Origin: Eledone cirrhosa
Lineage: Eukaryota
Direction of reading: 5' to 3'
Length of the DNA: 64,000 nucleotides
NCBI GenBank assembly: GCA_964016885.1
Contig: OZ024764.1
Location: 10,974,001 to 11,038,000 of the forward strand
Both the position numbers and the translations under genes were made by a program. Every line of letters starts with the position of its first letter. The first letter of the stretch is position 1. The notes beneath the pieces were generated by a model that saw nothing but the letters and a program-made list of their open reading frames with translations, made no database searches and was not told the origin of the DNA. Positions 25,350 to 39,364 of the stretch are shown in pieces.

Positions 25350-26000
25350 TAATGGTTTCTTATATAGGCACAAAGCCAGCAATTTTGGGGGAGTGGGAGA
25401 GGCGATTAAATCGACCTCAGTGCGTTACTTGTTTTTTATTTTATCGACCCTGTAAGTCACAAAGGGCCATGACTCTATGCAGCAAAGCATGGTGTCCGAC
25501 CCTCTACTAATACTGCCAATCCACAGCCCTGTGGTATTTAAATAATAATAATAATAATTGTTTCTACATTTGGCACAAGGCCAGCAATTACCCCAGTGCA
25601 TTACTGGTACTTTATTTTATCGACCCCGTAAGGATGAAAGGCAAAGTTAACCTCGATGGGATTTGAACTCAGACCGCAAAGGGCCGTAACCTTATGCTGG
25701 AAAGCATGGCGTCCGACCCTCTACCGATTCTGCCAATCAACCGCCCTCATTTAAATAATAATAATAATTGTTTCTATATTTGGCACAAGGCCAACAATTA
25801 TTCCAGTGCATTACCGGTACTTTATTTTATCGACCACCCCGTAAGGATGAAAGGTAAAGTGAACCTCGGCGGGATTTGAACTCAGACTGCAAAGGGCCGT
25901 AACTCTATGTTGCAAAGCATGGCGTCCGGCCCTCTAGGCACAAGGCCAACAATTTAAATCGACACCAGTGCATTACTGGTACTTTATTTTATCGACTCTG
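25350..26000 (-). mobile_element. Head-to-tail stack of 3-4 family-A SINEs
   Basis: Repeated units separated by (AAT)n. Confidence 0.85.
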
Positions 26001-26589
26001 CCAAGATGAGATGCATGCCTATTGAGAACAGAAAGGACCCTCCAATACGCCCTGAATAGATGGGGCTGTAGGTAACAGCTTGGTTTCATTTCGGCAAATC
26101 TTCTGGTTAAATAACATCAATGACTGACATATCAAATACAGGATAATTTTTCTAAGCTTTTTATAAACATAATCTTAATTTGCATCATGGTAAACATTTA
26201 ATTTAAAAACATATGCACCATCATCTCATTGCATATAGGACTGCTGCTGCCTGAGGTTGTTGTTGTTTGCCTGATCAAGATCACTGTTCAGCTTCCAGGA
26301 CACACCACTATGAGGTTGACAAGCTGGGCCTCAACATATGCATCATAGGATCTATATCATCTTCGAAAGTATTGACGTACACATAAAATTTAGGGTTGAA
26401 CATCCACACACCACTGGATCGCTCTCTCTACCCGACTTTATGCTAAAAGTAACAGAGGAGAGATCCGTAGACACCAAATTTTACAAATGTACACCCCCTA
26501 CCCCTACTCCATCCCCCCACCCCCTACCAACACCACCCCTTTCTCTGTAAAGTTATGTTGGTACCATAGAACACACAGTCCAAACTAAA

Positions 26590-28650
26590 GAGGTAGTGTA
26601 GGTGTCATGACAAAAAGCACCCAGTCCATTCTGTTAAGTTGTGTAGGTGTCATGACTAAAAGCACCCAGTCCACACTGTAAAATGATCGTGTAGATGTCA
26701 CAACAAAAAGCACCCAGTCGATACTGTAAAGTGGTCATGTAGGTGTCACAACAAAAAGCACCCAGTCGACACTGTAAAGTGGTCATGTAGGTGTCACAAC
26801 AAAAAGCACCCAGTCCACACTGTAAAGTGGTCATGTAGGTGTCACAACAAAAAGCACCCAGTCGACACTGTAAAGTGGTTGTGTAGGTGACACGACATAA
26901 AGCACCCATTCCACACTGTAAAGTGGTCATGTAGGTGTCACGACAAAAAGCACCCAGTCGACACTGTAAAGTGGTCATGTAGGTGTCACAACAAAAAGCA
27001 CCCAGTCGACACTGTAAAGTGGTCATGTAGGTGTCACAACAAAAAGCACCCAGTCGACACTGTAAAGTGGTCATGTAGGTGTCACAACAAAAAGCACCCA
27101 GTCGACACTGTAAAGTGGTCATGTAGGTGTCACAACAAAAAGCACCCAGTCCACACTGTAAAGTGGTCATGTAGATGTCACAACAAAAAGCACCCAGTCG
27201 ACACTGTAAAGTGGTCATGTAGGTGTCACAACAAAAAGCACCCAGTCGACACTGTAAAGTGGTCATGTAGGTGTCACAACAAAAAGCACCCAGTCGACAC
27301 TGTAAAGTGGTCATGTAGGTGTCACAACAAAAAGCACCCAGTCGACACTGTAAAGTGGTCATGTAGGTGTCACAACAAAAAGCACCCAGTCGACACTGTA
27401 AAGTGGTCATGTAGGTGTCACAACAAAAAGCACCCAGTCGACACTGTAAAGTGGTCATGTAGGTGTCACAACAAAAAGCACCCAGTCGACACTGTAAAGT
27501 GGTCATGTAGGTGTCACAACAAAAAGCACCCAGTCGACACTGTAAAGTGGTCATGTAGGTGTCACAACAAAAAGCACCCAGTCGACACTGTAAAGTGGTC
27601 ATGTAGGTGTCACAACAAAAAGCACCCAGTCGACACTGTAAAGTGGTCGTGTAGGTGTCACAACAAAAAGCACCCAGTCGACACTGTAAAGTGGTCGTGT
27701 AGGTGTCACAACAAAAAGCACCCAGTCGACACTGTAAAGTGGTCATGTAGGTGTCACAACAAAAAGCACCCAGTCGACACTGTAAAGTGGTCATGTAGGT
27801 GTCACAACAAAAAGCACCCAGTCGACACTGTAAAGTGGTCATGTAGGTGTCACAACAAAAAGCACCCAGTCGACACTGTAAAGTGGTCATGTAGGTGTCA
27901 CAACAAAAAGCACCCAGTCGACACTGTAAAGTGGTCATGTAGGTGTCACAACAAAAAGCACCCAGTCGACACTGTAAAGTGGTCATGTAGGTGTCACAAC
28001 AAAAAGCACCCAGTCGACACTGTAAAGTGGTCATGTAGGTGTCACAACAAAAAGCACCCAGTCGACACTGTAAAGTGGTCATGTAGGTGTCACAACAAAA
28101 AGCACCCAGTCGACACTGTAAAGTGGTCATGTAGGTGTCACAACAAAAAGCACCCAGTCGACACTGTAAAGTGGTCATGTAGGTGTCACAACAAAAAGCA
28201 CCCAGTCGACACTGTAAAGTGGTCATGTAGGTGTCACAACAAAAAGCACCCAGTCGACACTGTAAAGTGGTCGTGTAGGTGTCACAACAAAAAGCACCCA
28301 GTCGACACTGTAAAGTGGTCATGTAGGTGTCACAACAAAAAGCACCCAGTCGACACTGTAAAGTGGTCATGTAGGTGTCACAACAAAAAGCACCCAGTCG
28401 ACACTGTAAAGTGGTCATGTAGGTGTCACAACAAAAAGCACCCAGTCGACACTGTAAAGTGGTCATGTAGGTGTCACAACAAAAAGCACCCAGTCGACAC
28501 TGTAAAGTGGTCATGTAGGTGTCACAACAAAAAGCACCCAGTCGACACTGTAAAGTGGTTGTGTAGGTGACACGACATAAAGCACCCATTCCATGCTGTT
28601 TAGGGGTTGTGTAGGAGACACGGTAAAAATATTCCCAGTCCACATTGTAA
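26590..28650 (+). repeat. 48-bp minisatellite (~41 copies) expanded inside a SINE whose 3' part continues to 28812
   Basis: Unit aaaaagcacccagtcgacactgtaaagtggtcatgtaggtgtcacaac; followed by ttaggaagggcatccagc...(TGA)n. Confidence 0.95.
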
Positions 28651-28959
28651 GTGTGGTTGGTGTTAGGAAGGGCATCCAGCCATAGAAAACCTGCCAGATA
28701 GTCCTATACGAGCGGCAAGACATGGTCACCCAATCAATCTTACCTCAAGTGGGACAATTCCTGTCTAACCCATACTAACATGGAAGATAGACGTTAAATG
28801 ATGATGATGATGCGGTCTGCAGACACATTTTTGCACACCATGACTCTGTCCTCCCCCACAGTGAAAATGGCCTATATTCAGAATGAGGTATCCTGGATAT
28901 GCAACAGATGAAGTGAGGGTAGCGACAGACATTTAGCACACTGGAATTCCCGAGAGTTC

Positions 28960-29235
28960 TCACCAAAAATAGCTACCCTACTTCTCTTACCAAACACCGA
29001 AAGGCCAAGGCAACAGCAGAAAAAGAACAGGGAGGCCACGTGCTCTGAAGGATAACATTTGCTACCTTAAACCTGCCACATTTCAATGAGAAGATGACAG
29101 CTGCCATCCATAGGGAGGGACTGAATATACAACTGGCACATTCGAGACCCTCATTGAAGAGACTGCTCCATAGACAGCAGCCCACATACAGGTGAGCACT
29201 TCCTAATTGTCTCATCAACAATGCAGAAGTGTACA
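28960..29235 (+). mobile_element. Possible degenerate Penelope-like RT C-terminal/linker fragment
   Basis: NSYP...LNLPHFNEK...GLNIQLAHSRPSLKRLL with stops; resemblance recalled from memory only. Confidence 0.35.
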
Positions 29236-30533
29236 TGAGACCATGTATGTAGTAAAAAACACCCAGTCCACACTTAGTAGTATTCTGAAATGGATGTACT
29301 AATATCTATTATTTATCACTAGCAGAAAAACCACCCAAGGGAGGTTTCCTGCTGGCATGTGTAGTGTGCATATTGATATTATATGCAAATATGTATATAT
29401 GCATGTAGATGTGATTCGTCAAATAAAATCGTAATTGAGAATATACACAGAAATTGAAGAGAGGCTGTGTTACACTGTCTTATGTAATCAGTAAAGTAAT
29501 CCATGATACATTAAAAAAAGACAATATAATATATAAACTGCATTAGGAGAAAATTAGTATCAGAAATATATGAACATTTATATATGCGATGTAATAAGTG
29601 TTATGATATAACGGGCTCTAACCGGAAGTGTTGACATTTGAAAATTTTAAAGAAGTGAATTTTGAAATAAGCAATAAAATTATTTGTATTTAATCAAGAG
29701 TTACGAAATTTAGTAGATAAATTATGTAATATTCATTCATTATTTGTTCAAAGTAATCCAACTTATTTTACAAACGGGATAAAAATAATATATTCTGGAC
29801 GCAGTCCAACATTCCTTCCTTTATTATATTATGATTGTAGAAATGTTGAATCAGACTTATTAAAAATATCTGCTATAGCTTATGATGTTTTGAGAGCTGA
29901 CCTCAGATCGCTGAAGCTCACAGAGGAGATGACGAGGGACCGTGATGAATGGAGAAATGCTGTGCTGAAGAAGACCCATTCCACCCTTGCAAGCAGGGAA
30001 AAGCAGATGTAAAATGATGATGATAATGATATAAATGTATGCATGTGCTCATACACGCACCCACACGTGTCAGTGTGTTGAAAAAAATCCCTAGTGTTGT
30101 AAAGTTTCCATTATTGTATTTTTACTTTCCAAACATCTTACAATGTTTCTCTCTTATTTCAGAATATCAGATGACATTAGCATTAAAGTATGTTTTCACA
30201 TTGGATACATCATTAATATTTATCATCTTTTAAAACTAAAAGAAGTTGTTGTACAGAACAGATATAACCCTGTTTATATAAATCTATGGTAGAATTACTG
30301 AAATATTTCCTCTGACTGGGTTTATTAACAAGAATTCTCTACTTCACTGTTTGGAATGTCTGCAAGATGATTTTATATTTTAACTAAACTTGGATTACAA
30401 AGGTGCAACATCTTCAGATATCAACAAAGATCACAGTTGATGGAAATATAGTGAAAGGAATATTTGTTAGGAATAATATATAAAAAAAAGAACAAGCAAA
30501 ATATCTGTCAATTTTGTGGAAAGAAGAAGCATT

Positions 30534-31214
30534 ATGGAAAATGAACTTTGTGAGAACAAAACTAAATGTGAAACGGAGTCTAAAAGGATCGATTTTGTTG
30601 AGGAGATACTAAGGGGTACGGAAAAAACATCATACGACAGTGACATCTGTAGGAAGTCGTTCTCTCAAACAGACAGCTTCTCTACTCAACAACTTATACA
30701 TACAGGAGAAAAACCATATCACTGTGATCCCTGTGGGAAATCATTTTCTAAGAATGATAACTTAATTCAACATCAACGCATTCATACAGGAGAGAAACCA
30801 TATCACTGTGATATCTGTGGTAAATCATTCTCAAAAAATGGTCATTTAGCTACTCACCAACGTATTCATACAGGAGAGAAACCATATCATTGTGATATCT
30901 GTAGTAAATCATTCTCTCAAAGTAGTGATTTATCTAAACACAAACGTATTCATACAGGAGAGAAACCATATCATTGTAATATCTGTGGTATATCATTCTC
31001 TAGAAATTATCACTTAACTACACACTTACGTATTCATACAGGAGAGAAATCATACCACTGTGATATCTGTGGTAAATCCTTTTCTGTGAATACCACCTTA
31101 ACTAGACACAAACGTATACATACAGGAGAGAAACCATATCACTGTGATACCTGTGGTAAATCTTTCTCACTTAAAAGTAGCCTGACTAAACACAGATATA
31201 TTCATATGAGATAA
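30534..31214 (+). CDS. C2H2 zinc-finger protein ZNF-5, 226 aa, 6 intact fingers plus a degenerate first finger
   Basis: Close paralogue of ZNF-4 with the same ...HRYIHMR* end; finger 1 has C>S and H>Q. Confidence 0.92.
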   Translation: MENELCENKTKCETESKRIDFVEEILRGTEKTSYDSDICRKSFSQTDSFSTQQLIHTGEKPYHCDPCGKSFSKNDNLIQHQRIHTGEKPYHCDICGKSFSKNGHLATHQRIHTGEKPYHCDICSKSFSQSSDLSKHKRIHTGEKPYHCNICGISFSRNYHLTTHLRIHTGEKSYHCDICGKSFSVNTTLTRHKRIHTGEKPYHCDTCGKSFSLKSSLTKHRYIHMR

Positions 31215-31579
31215 AAACCATATCATTCACCCTAAATACTGCCATAAGTCAACACATGTATTTATTTGAGGAGATAAACTGTGATATCTGAAAAATCATT
31301 CTTGGACAGGAGTGACTTAAATTACAATTATATTCATACAGGAGGGATGATACTATTAATTTGAAAACATTGATAAATAGCTGAGGGATTTAATCTCATA
31401 TATCTGAGACAGCATCACTACACAGTGATTATGGTATAAATACACAAACCATGATAGAATATATTTCATCATACCATAATAAAGTTTACATATGTATGAT
31501 ATATATACTAGATCTTATATACATTCTTTCATGTATGTTTAAATGATTATGCTGGTAGTTATCTAGTGAATATGCGATG

Positions 31580-31698
31580 TAACCAGGGCAAAGGAGACGC
31601 TCTAGACAACTATAGAGGCATTAAGTTGGTTAACCAGATCATGAAGGTCACAGAAAGAGTTATTGCACAGCTGATTAGGGACTGAATTAAACTTGATG
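31580..31698 (+). mobile_element. RTE reverse-transcriptase fragment
   Basis: GKGDALDNYRGIKLVNQIMKVTERVI motif. Confidence 0.75.
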
Positions 31699-32703
31699 GT
31701 AAAGTGGTCATGTAGGTCTCACAAGAAAAAGCACCCAGCCCACACTGTAAAGTGGTTGTATAGAAGTCATGACAAAAAGCACCCAGCCCACACTGTAATG
31801 TGGTTGTGTAGAAGTCATGACAAAAAGCACCCAGCCCACACTGTAATGTGGTTGTGTAGAAGTCATGACAAAAAGCACCCAGCCCACACTGTAATGTGGT
31901 TGTGTAGAAGTCATGACAAAAAGCACCCAGCCCACACTGTAAAGTGGTTGTGTAGAAGTCATGACAAAAAGCACCCAGCCCACACTGTAAAGTGGTTGTG
32001 TAGGAGTCATGACAAAAAGCACCCAGCCCACACTGTAAAGTGGTTGTGTAGGAGTCATGACAAAAAGCACCCAGCCCACAGTGTAAAGTGGTTGTGTAGG
32101 AGTCATGACAAAAAGCACCCAGCCCACACTGTAAAGTGGTTGTGTAGGAGTCATGACAAAAAGCACCCAGCCCACACTGTAAAGTGGTTGTGTAGGAGTC
32201 ATGACAAAAAGCACCCAGCCCACACTGTAAAGTGGTTGTGTAGGAGTCATGACAAAAAGCACCCAGCCCACACTGTAAAGTGGTTGTGTAGGAGTCATGA
32301 CAAAAAGCACCCAGCCCACACTGTAAAGTGGTTGTGTAGGAGTCATGACAAAAAGCACCCAGCCCACACTGTAAAGTGGTTGTGTAGGAGTCATGACAAA
32401 AAGCACCCAGCCCACACTGTAAAGTGGTTGTGTAGGAGTCATGACAAAAAGCACCCAGCCCACACTGTAAAGTGGTTGTGTAGAAGTCATGACAAAAAGC
32501 ACCCAGCCCACACTGTAAAGTGGTTGTGTAGGAGTCATGACAAAAAGCACCCAGCCCACACTGTAAAGTGGTTGTGTAGGAGTCGTGACAAAAAGCACCC
32601 AGCCCACACTGTAAAGTGGTTGTGTAGAAGTCATGACAAAAAGCACCCTGCCCACACTGTAATGTGGTTGTGTTGGAATCACGACAAAAATCACACTGTA
32701 AAG
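31699..32703 (+). repeat. Second 48-bp minisatellite (~21 copies) inside a SINE ending at ~32856
   Basis: Unit aaaaagcacccagcccacactgtaaagtggttgtgtaggagtcatgac. Confidence 0.95.
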
Positions 32704-33568
32704 TAGTTGGCGTTAGGAAGGGCATCCAGCTGTAGAAATGCCAGAAACAATCCTATATGAGCAGGACACTGTCATCTGACCCAACTTACCTCAAATGGGA
32801 CAATCTGTCCAACCCATGCTAGTGTGGAAAAAAGTGAATGTTAAATGATGACGATTATATATATATATATATATAATACTGAAATGATGTCATTGGATAA
32901 GACCGAGATACTTTCAATCGTTTGTCCACTCAATGATTTCATTAAGTCTGTATCATTAAGATATCAACCAAAAGGAAAACAGAGTGCACACTAATATGTT
33001 AAACAGTGAGAAAACCGATTTTATGTGGGTAGAGTCTTTGATCTCTGAACCCGGACTAATGCATTAGTTTCTGGTACTCCACCTGCTGGTAACAGTCGAT
33101 ATGGAACTGGTGTGTGCAGAAATTAGGTAATGATATTAAGCATTACGTAATTGGCTAAGAACAGTTTCATCAGCAAGGAATTAGCCTCTTCGAAACAAGT
33201 CATTTAGTCCACTGTCATGGTGTGAATTCACCTTTATACTAGTAAGCTCTACATTCAGTGTCATGTGCTATGTATATGATGGTTGCAAACTCTGCTAAGA
33301 GTACTGCAATCGCTTGTCAGGTTACAGAGTTTGGTGCACTTTTAGGCTACGGCCAGTCACACAAACCTGTAACATATCCTGAACAAGCAATGCCTGTGCT
33401 TTGAAGATTTTTTAAGTGGGGAAAGGCTTTGCACTCGACCAATCCCACTCTCTGAACATCGCAAACACGACCCAAGAAGGAGAACTAGTCAACTTCATCG
33501 GATGCTTCTTCTGAAGCCGCAGGTTTTTTTTTCAGCGTTTCCCTCTCCTAGGTAAAAAACAAAAAATG

Positions 33569-33600
<32 letters not shown>

Positions 33601-33846
33601 TGGCAGGGTTTATAGTAAAACACAAACTATTGAATTTAATAACTCATTGATTACAACATTCTATGTAAAGATACTTGAACACTCAGTTTTCTTTCTCCCT
33701 CAAGTCATAGTTCTATTTCATATATATACATACACACACATATATATATATACACATACATACATGCAGATATATACATATATATTCATACATAAACACA
33801 CACACTTAAGTATATGCATACATTATATATATATATATATATCTAT

Positions 33847-34097
33847 CTAAGGCGGGTAAAATTCCCGAGATCCATGGACGAGTTCTCTCCAGCGGTCTCT
33901 GTCCCTCATTATCGCTGCCATATCCTGCATCTCCAACAGACCAGTGTCTGTCCTTAGGGCATCAACATATGTTAACCTTGGTCTTCCTCTTCTAGTGTGT
34001 CCATGTAGGGGCTCCCAAAGGAGCACTGAGTGCAATGTCAACTCTGGATGTCGGTGAGCATGTCCAGCCAACCTCAGTCTCCTCTGTGTCACTTTTG
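33847..34097 (-). mobile_element. RTE-clade LINE 3' end (second family)
   Basis: QRRLRLAGHAHRH...LLWEP...RGRPRLTYVD...DRDRWR. Confidence 0.85.
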
Positions 34098-34354
34098 TAT
34101 ATATATATATACATGTGGAAGCTTAGTAAAATCGAAGCTTTGGCTGTGAGCAAACAAAAGTCGACCTACAATATGAATGAGTTAGCAAAGCACTCAATAA
34201 GGGTAGGTCTTTAGAGTAACAGGATACGTATAAAAAAAAAAATATATATATACATGTTAAGTATTTCCAAAGAAAACAACATTCTATGTAAAGATACTTG
34301 AATACTCAGTTTTCTTTCTCCCTCAAGTCATAGTTCTATTTCATATATATACAT

Positions 34355-34408
<54 letters not shown>

Positions 34409-34636
34409 ATACATGCAGATATATTCATACATAAACACTTAAGTATATGCATATTCATACCACATGCATACATATATATATTTATATATGTCTAACCCAT
34501 GCTAGCGTGGAAAGTGGATGATGATGATGATGATGATATATATATTTATTTATTAAAATAACAGATTAAAGTTTAAGCAAAGAATCGCTGCTTTCACCCT
34601 TAACAGGATCTTCTGAAACTTTATTATTATTACTAT

Positions 34637-34895
34637 ATCATCATCATCATCATCACCGTTTTACGTCCGTTCTTCCACGCTAGCATGGGTTAGACGGGTT
34701 GTCCTGTTGTGGGCAGTGTCTGGTCGGCTGACCATGCCTTGCTCATACAGGAACTGATCTGGCTTGATTTCTACAGCTGGATGCCCTTCCTAACACCAAC
34801 CTCATTTACAGTGAGTGCTGGGTGCTTTTTCGTGGCGCCTACACGTCCACTTTACAGTGTGGGCTGGGTGCTTTTTTGCCGTGGCACCTCCACGA
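34637..34895 (-). mobile_element. SINE 3' half with two copies of the 48-bp segment (inverse copy at 46226-46480)
   Basis: Shares ttaggaagggcatccagc and the (TGA)n tail. Confidence 0.8.
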
Positions 34896-35087
34896 CCACC
34901 TTGCGGTGGGGGGAGTGGGGGCATATTGTTTATATGCTTCAGCATGTACCCATGGGAGGTCGGGTACTATATATATATATATATACATGTTAAGTATTTC
35001 CAAAGAAAAGGCCAAGGAAAAGAGAGTGCTCTATGAATAATACAGAGCTATTTAATTAGAAAGTGAACAACACAAAATATAACTACT

Positions 35088-35214
35088 CCATTACCAAAGG
35101 TTTCAGGACCCTAAACAATATAAATATATGTCCAGTTCGCTCATCAGATAGAAAGGTTATCTGATGAGCAAACTAGACATGTTAATATTGTCTAGGGCCC
35201 TGAAACCTTTGGTA
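35088..35214. ncRNA. Divergent pair of hammerhead motifs (35088-35151 -, 35157-35214 +); the + copy is split by a SINE
   Basis: CTAT-CTGATGA...GAAACC-ttt-GGTA/ATGG; SINE 35217-35440(-) flanked by a CCTTTGGTAAT duplication. Confidence 0.65.
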
Positions 35215-35833
35215 ATTTTTAAGGAAGGATCGACTTTCGTCAAATCGGACCGAGGAAACAATGTTTCCGTTGGTCTTTCCAATTGCTAATACTATCTATC
35301 GGTTGCAACTCCAGGTAGAAGGAGCAACGTGAAATAAAGTGTCTTGCTCAAGGACATAACGCATCGCCTGGTCCAGGAATCGAACTCACACCCTTAAGAT
35401 TGCGAATCCAAATCTCTAACCACTCAGCCACATGCCTTCTCCTTTGGTAATGGAGTAGTTATATTTTATGTTGTTCATTTTCTAATTAAATATATATATA
35501 TACATACATACATAAACGCACACACATTATCATTATACACATACATACATATATATATAATTAAGTTAAAAATGTACATCTACATATGCATACTGAAATA
35601 CTCTAAAAACCGGTTTGTCTGTGTGTTTACATACAGAATAGCTGGATTACTCACAGTAAAGTAACCAGTGAAAGACTTGGTACATCTACATATGTATACG
35701 TGTGTGTATTCATATGCATTCTAGTATTTCAGTATGCATATGTAGATGTACATTTTTAACTTAATTGTTTAAGCGTCAGTCATACAAAAGTGAGTTACAA
35801 ACGAAACGAAATTTAATTTCGTTTCGTTATTTG

Positions 35834-35873
<40 letters not shown>

Positions 35874-35915
35874 AACACACATACATACACTGGTACACAC
35901 ACATATTAATATGTA

Positions 35916-36258
35916 CCATATTTACTGGCGCCGAAGACGCTTCCACCTCGAGGACGCACCCTAATTTTGACAACCAAAAATTTGAAAGATGATAATTGTT
36001 TCTACTTTAGGCACAAGGCCAGCAATTACCCAGTGCATTACTGGTACTTTATTTTATCGACCCCCGTAAGGATGAAAGGCAAACTTAACCTCGGTGGGAT
36101 TTGAACTCAGAATGGCAAGGGCCGTAACTCTATGCGTCAAAGCATGGCGTCCGACTTTCTACTGATACTGCCAAACAACCTTCGGCCTCCAGCCAACATG
36201 GTGGATTTTTGAGACTTATTTTAGAAAAAAGTAGCATCTTCGACGCCGGCAAATATGG
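35916..36258. mobile_element. MITE with nested family-A SINE
   Basis: Same TIR family as 3055-3409. Confidence 0.85.
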
Positions 36259-36316
36259 TGTATTTTAATGTATATCAAAACATAAAGGCTGTCAAACAAT
36301 AACTGATTAAGTACTC

Positions 36317-38217
36317 AATACATATAAACACACACATATATATATACATACATAAACACACAGACATATATATATACATACATAAACACAGACATATATA
36401 TATACATACATAAACACACAGACATATATATATACATACATAAACACACAGACATATATATATACATACATAAACACACAGACATATATATATACATACA
36501 TAAACACACAGACATATATATACATATATAAACACACAGACATATATATATACATACATAAACACACAGACATATATATATACATACATAAACACACAGA
36601 CATATATATATACATACATAAACACACAGACATATATATATACATACATAAACACACACATATATATATACATACATAAACACACACATATATATATACA
36701 TACATAAACACACAGACATATATATATACATACATAAACACACACATATATATATACATACATAAACACACAGACATATATATATACATACATAAACACA
36801 CAGACATATATATATACATACATAAACACACAGACATATATATACATACATAAATACAGACATATATATATATATACATACATAAACACACAGACATATA
36901 TATATACATACATAAACACACAGACATATATATATATACATACATAAACACAGACATATATATATACATACATAAACACACAGACATATATATATACATA
37001 CATAAACACACAGACATATATATATACATACATAAACACACAGACATATATATATACATACATAAACACACAGACATATATATATACATACATAAACACA
37101 CAGACATATATATATACATACATAAACACACAGACATATATATATACATACATAAACACACAGACATATATATATACATACATAAACACACAGACATATA
37201 TATATATACATACATAAACAGACAGACATATATATACATACATAAATACAGACATATATATATATATACATACATAAACACACAGACATATATATATACA
37301 TACATAAACACACAGACATATATATATATACATACATAAACACACAGACATATATATATATACATACATAAACACACAGACATATATATACATACATAAA
37401 CACACAGACATATATATATATACATACATAAACACACAGACATATATATATACATACATAAACACACAGACATATATATATACATACATAAACACACAGA
37501 CATATATATATACATACATAAACACACAGACATATATATATACATACATAAACACACAGACATATATATATATACATACATAAACACACAGACATATATA
37601 TATATACATACATAAACACACAGACATATATATATACATACATAAACACACAGACATATATATATACATACATAAACACACAGACATATATATATACATA
37701 CATAAACACACAGACATATATATATACATACATAAACACACAGACATATATATATACATACATAAACACACAGACATATATATATACATACATAAACACA
37801 CAGACATATATATATATACATACATAAACACACAGACATATATATATACATACATAAACACACAGACATATATATATACATACATAAACACACAGACATA
37901 TATATATACATACATAAACACACAGACATATATATATACATACATAAACAGACAGACATATATATACATACATAAATACAGACATATATATATACATACA
38001 TAAACACACAGACATATATATATACATACATAAACACACAGACATATATATATACATACATAAACACACAGACATATATATATATACATACATAAACACA
38101 CAGACATATATATACATACATAAATACAGACATATATATATATACATACATAAACACACAGACATATATATATACATACATAAACACACAGACATATATA
38201 TACATACATAAACACAC
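36317..38217. repeat. ~30-bp compound satellite (~63 copies)
   Basis: Unit acatatatatatacatacataaacacacag with variable (TA)n. Confidence 0.95.
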
Positions 38218-38267
38218 CATATACTCGTGCACAAAAATACATACATACACACGCATATTAATATGTA

Positions 38268-38434
38268 CCATATTTCCCGGCGCCGATGACGCTTCGTCCT
38301 CAAGGACATACCCTAATTTTGACAACCAAAAATTTGAAAGATGATAATAAACAGCCTTCGGTCTCCAGCTTGCATGGTGGATTTTTGAGACTTATTTTAG
38401 AAAAAAATAGCATCTTCGACGCCGGCAAATATGG
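38268..38434. mobile_element. 167-bp MITE without SINE
   Basis: TA-CCATATTTCCCGGCGCCGA...TCGACGCCGGCAAATATGG-TA. Confidence 0.85.
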
Positions 38435-39364
38435 TATATTTTAATGTATATCAAAACATAAAGGCTGTCAAACAATAACTGATTAAGTACTCAATACATA
38501 TAAGCAGGGTGTAGAATTTATTTTTACAAGGAAATAGTTAAGAGTGACTTTGAAGTTATATCTGTGGTTGACTTTGTCAAACTGCTGTGTGAGTATAGTA
38601 GGATCCTTGTAGGTTTGGATTATAAACTGATAGATAGAGAGGCATAGATAGGTAGAGAGAGTGAGAGAAAGACACTGAGGTAGATAGAAAGACAGATAGA
38701 TGTGTTAGTAGATATATATAGATATAGATTGAAACAGAGGTAGGTATTTAGGTAGATATAGAGAGAATGAGAGACAGATAGACATGTGTTGGTAGATATA
38801 AATAGATTGATAGATTACGACAATGAAACAGGTAGGTATTTAGGTAGATATACATAGATATAGAGAGAGTGAGAGAAAGACAGATAGAGATGTGTTGGTA
38901 TATATATATAGATAGATTGAAACAGAGGTAGGTATTTAGGTAGATATACATAGATATAGAAAGACAGACGTGTTGGTATATATAGATTGAAACAGAGGTA
39001 GGTATTTAGATAGATATACATAGATATAGATAGGAAGATAGAAAAAAAGGGATAAGATAAAGAGATTCATTGATGAATAGAGAGGAGGGAGTAATCAGAA
39101 GAAGAGATAAATATTGGATAAAATATTGTCTCCTTATTGATTGGTAACACTTGACTTATAGATCATTGGTGGTGGCCATCTGGAAAAAATGGACACTAAC
39201 AACATCAATGGTAGCGGTAGAGATCATGGAATCGAGTGTCGTGGTGTCAGGCGGAGGAATATAGCCATGGAGTCTGCCATAGCTTTTCCTGAAAGTAACA
39301 ACAAAAACATCAGTAACAACAACAGCAATATCAATGATATCTACAACCCTGGGCATGGATACAT

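Noticed and set aside
26634-28643. 669-aa Cys-rich ORF, and the 328-371-aa ORFs at 31610-32725
   Set aside because: By-product of a 48-bp (multiple of 3) SINE-derived unit with no stop in that frame; no splice or signal context.
36275-38325. 650+ aa ORFs in three frames; similar YI/VC-rich ORFs at 15118-15840, 46893-51555 and 55205-56948
   Set aside because: Translations of (TA)/(TG) satellites.
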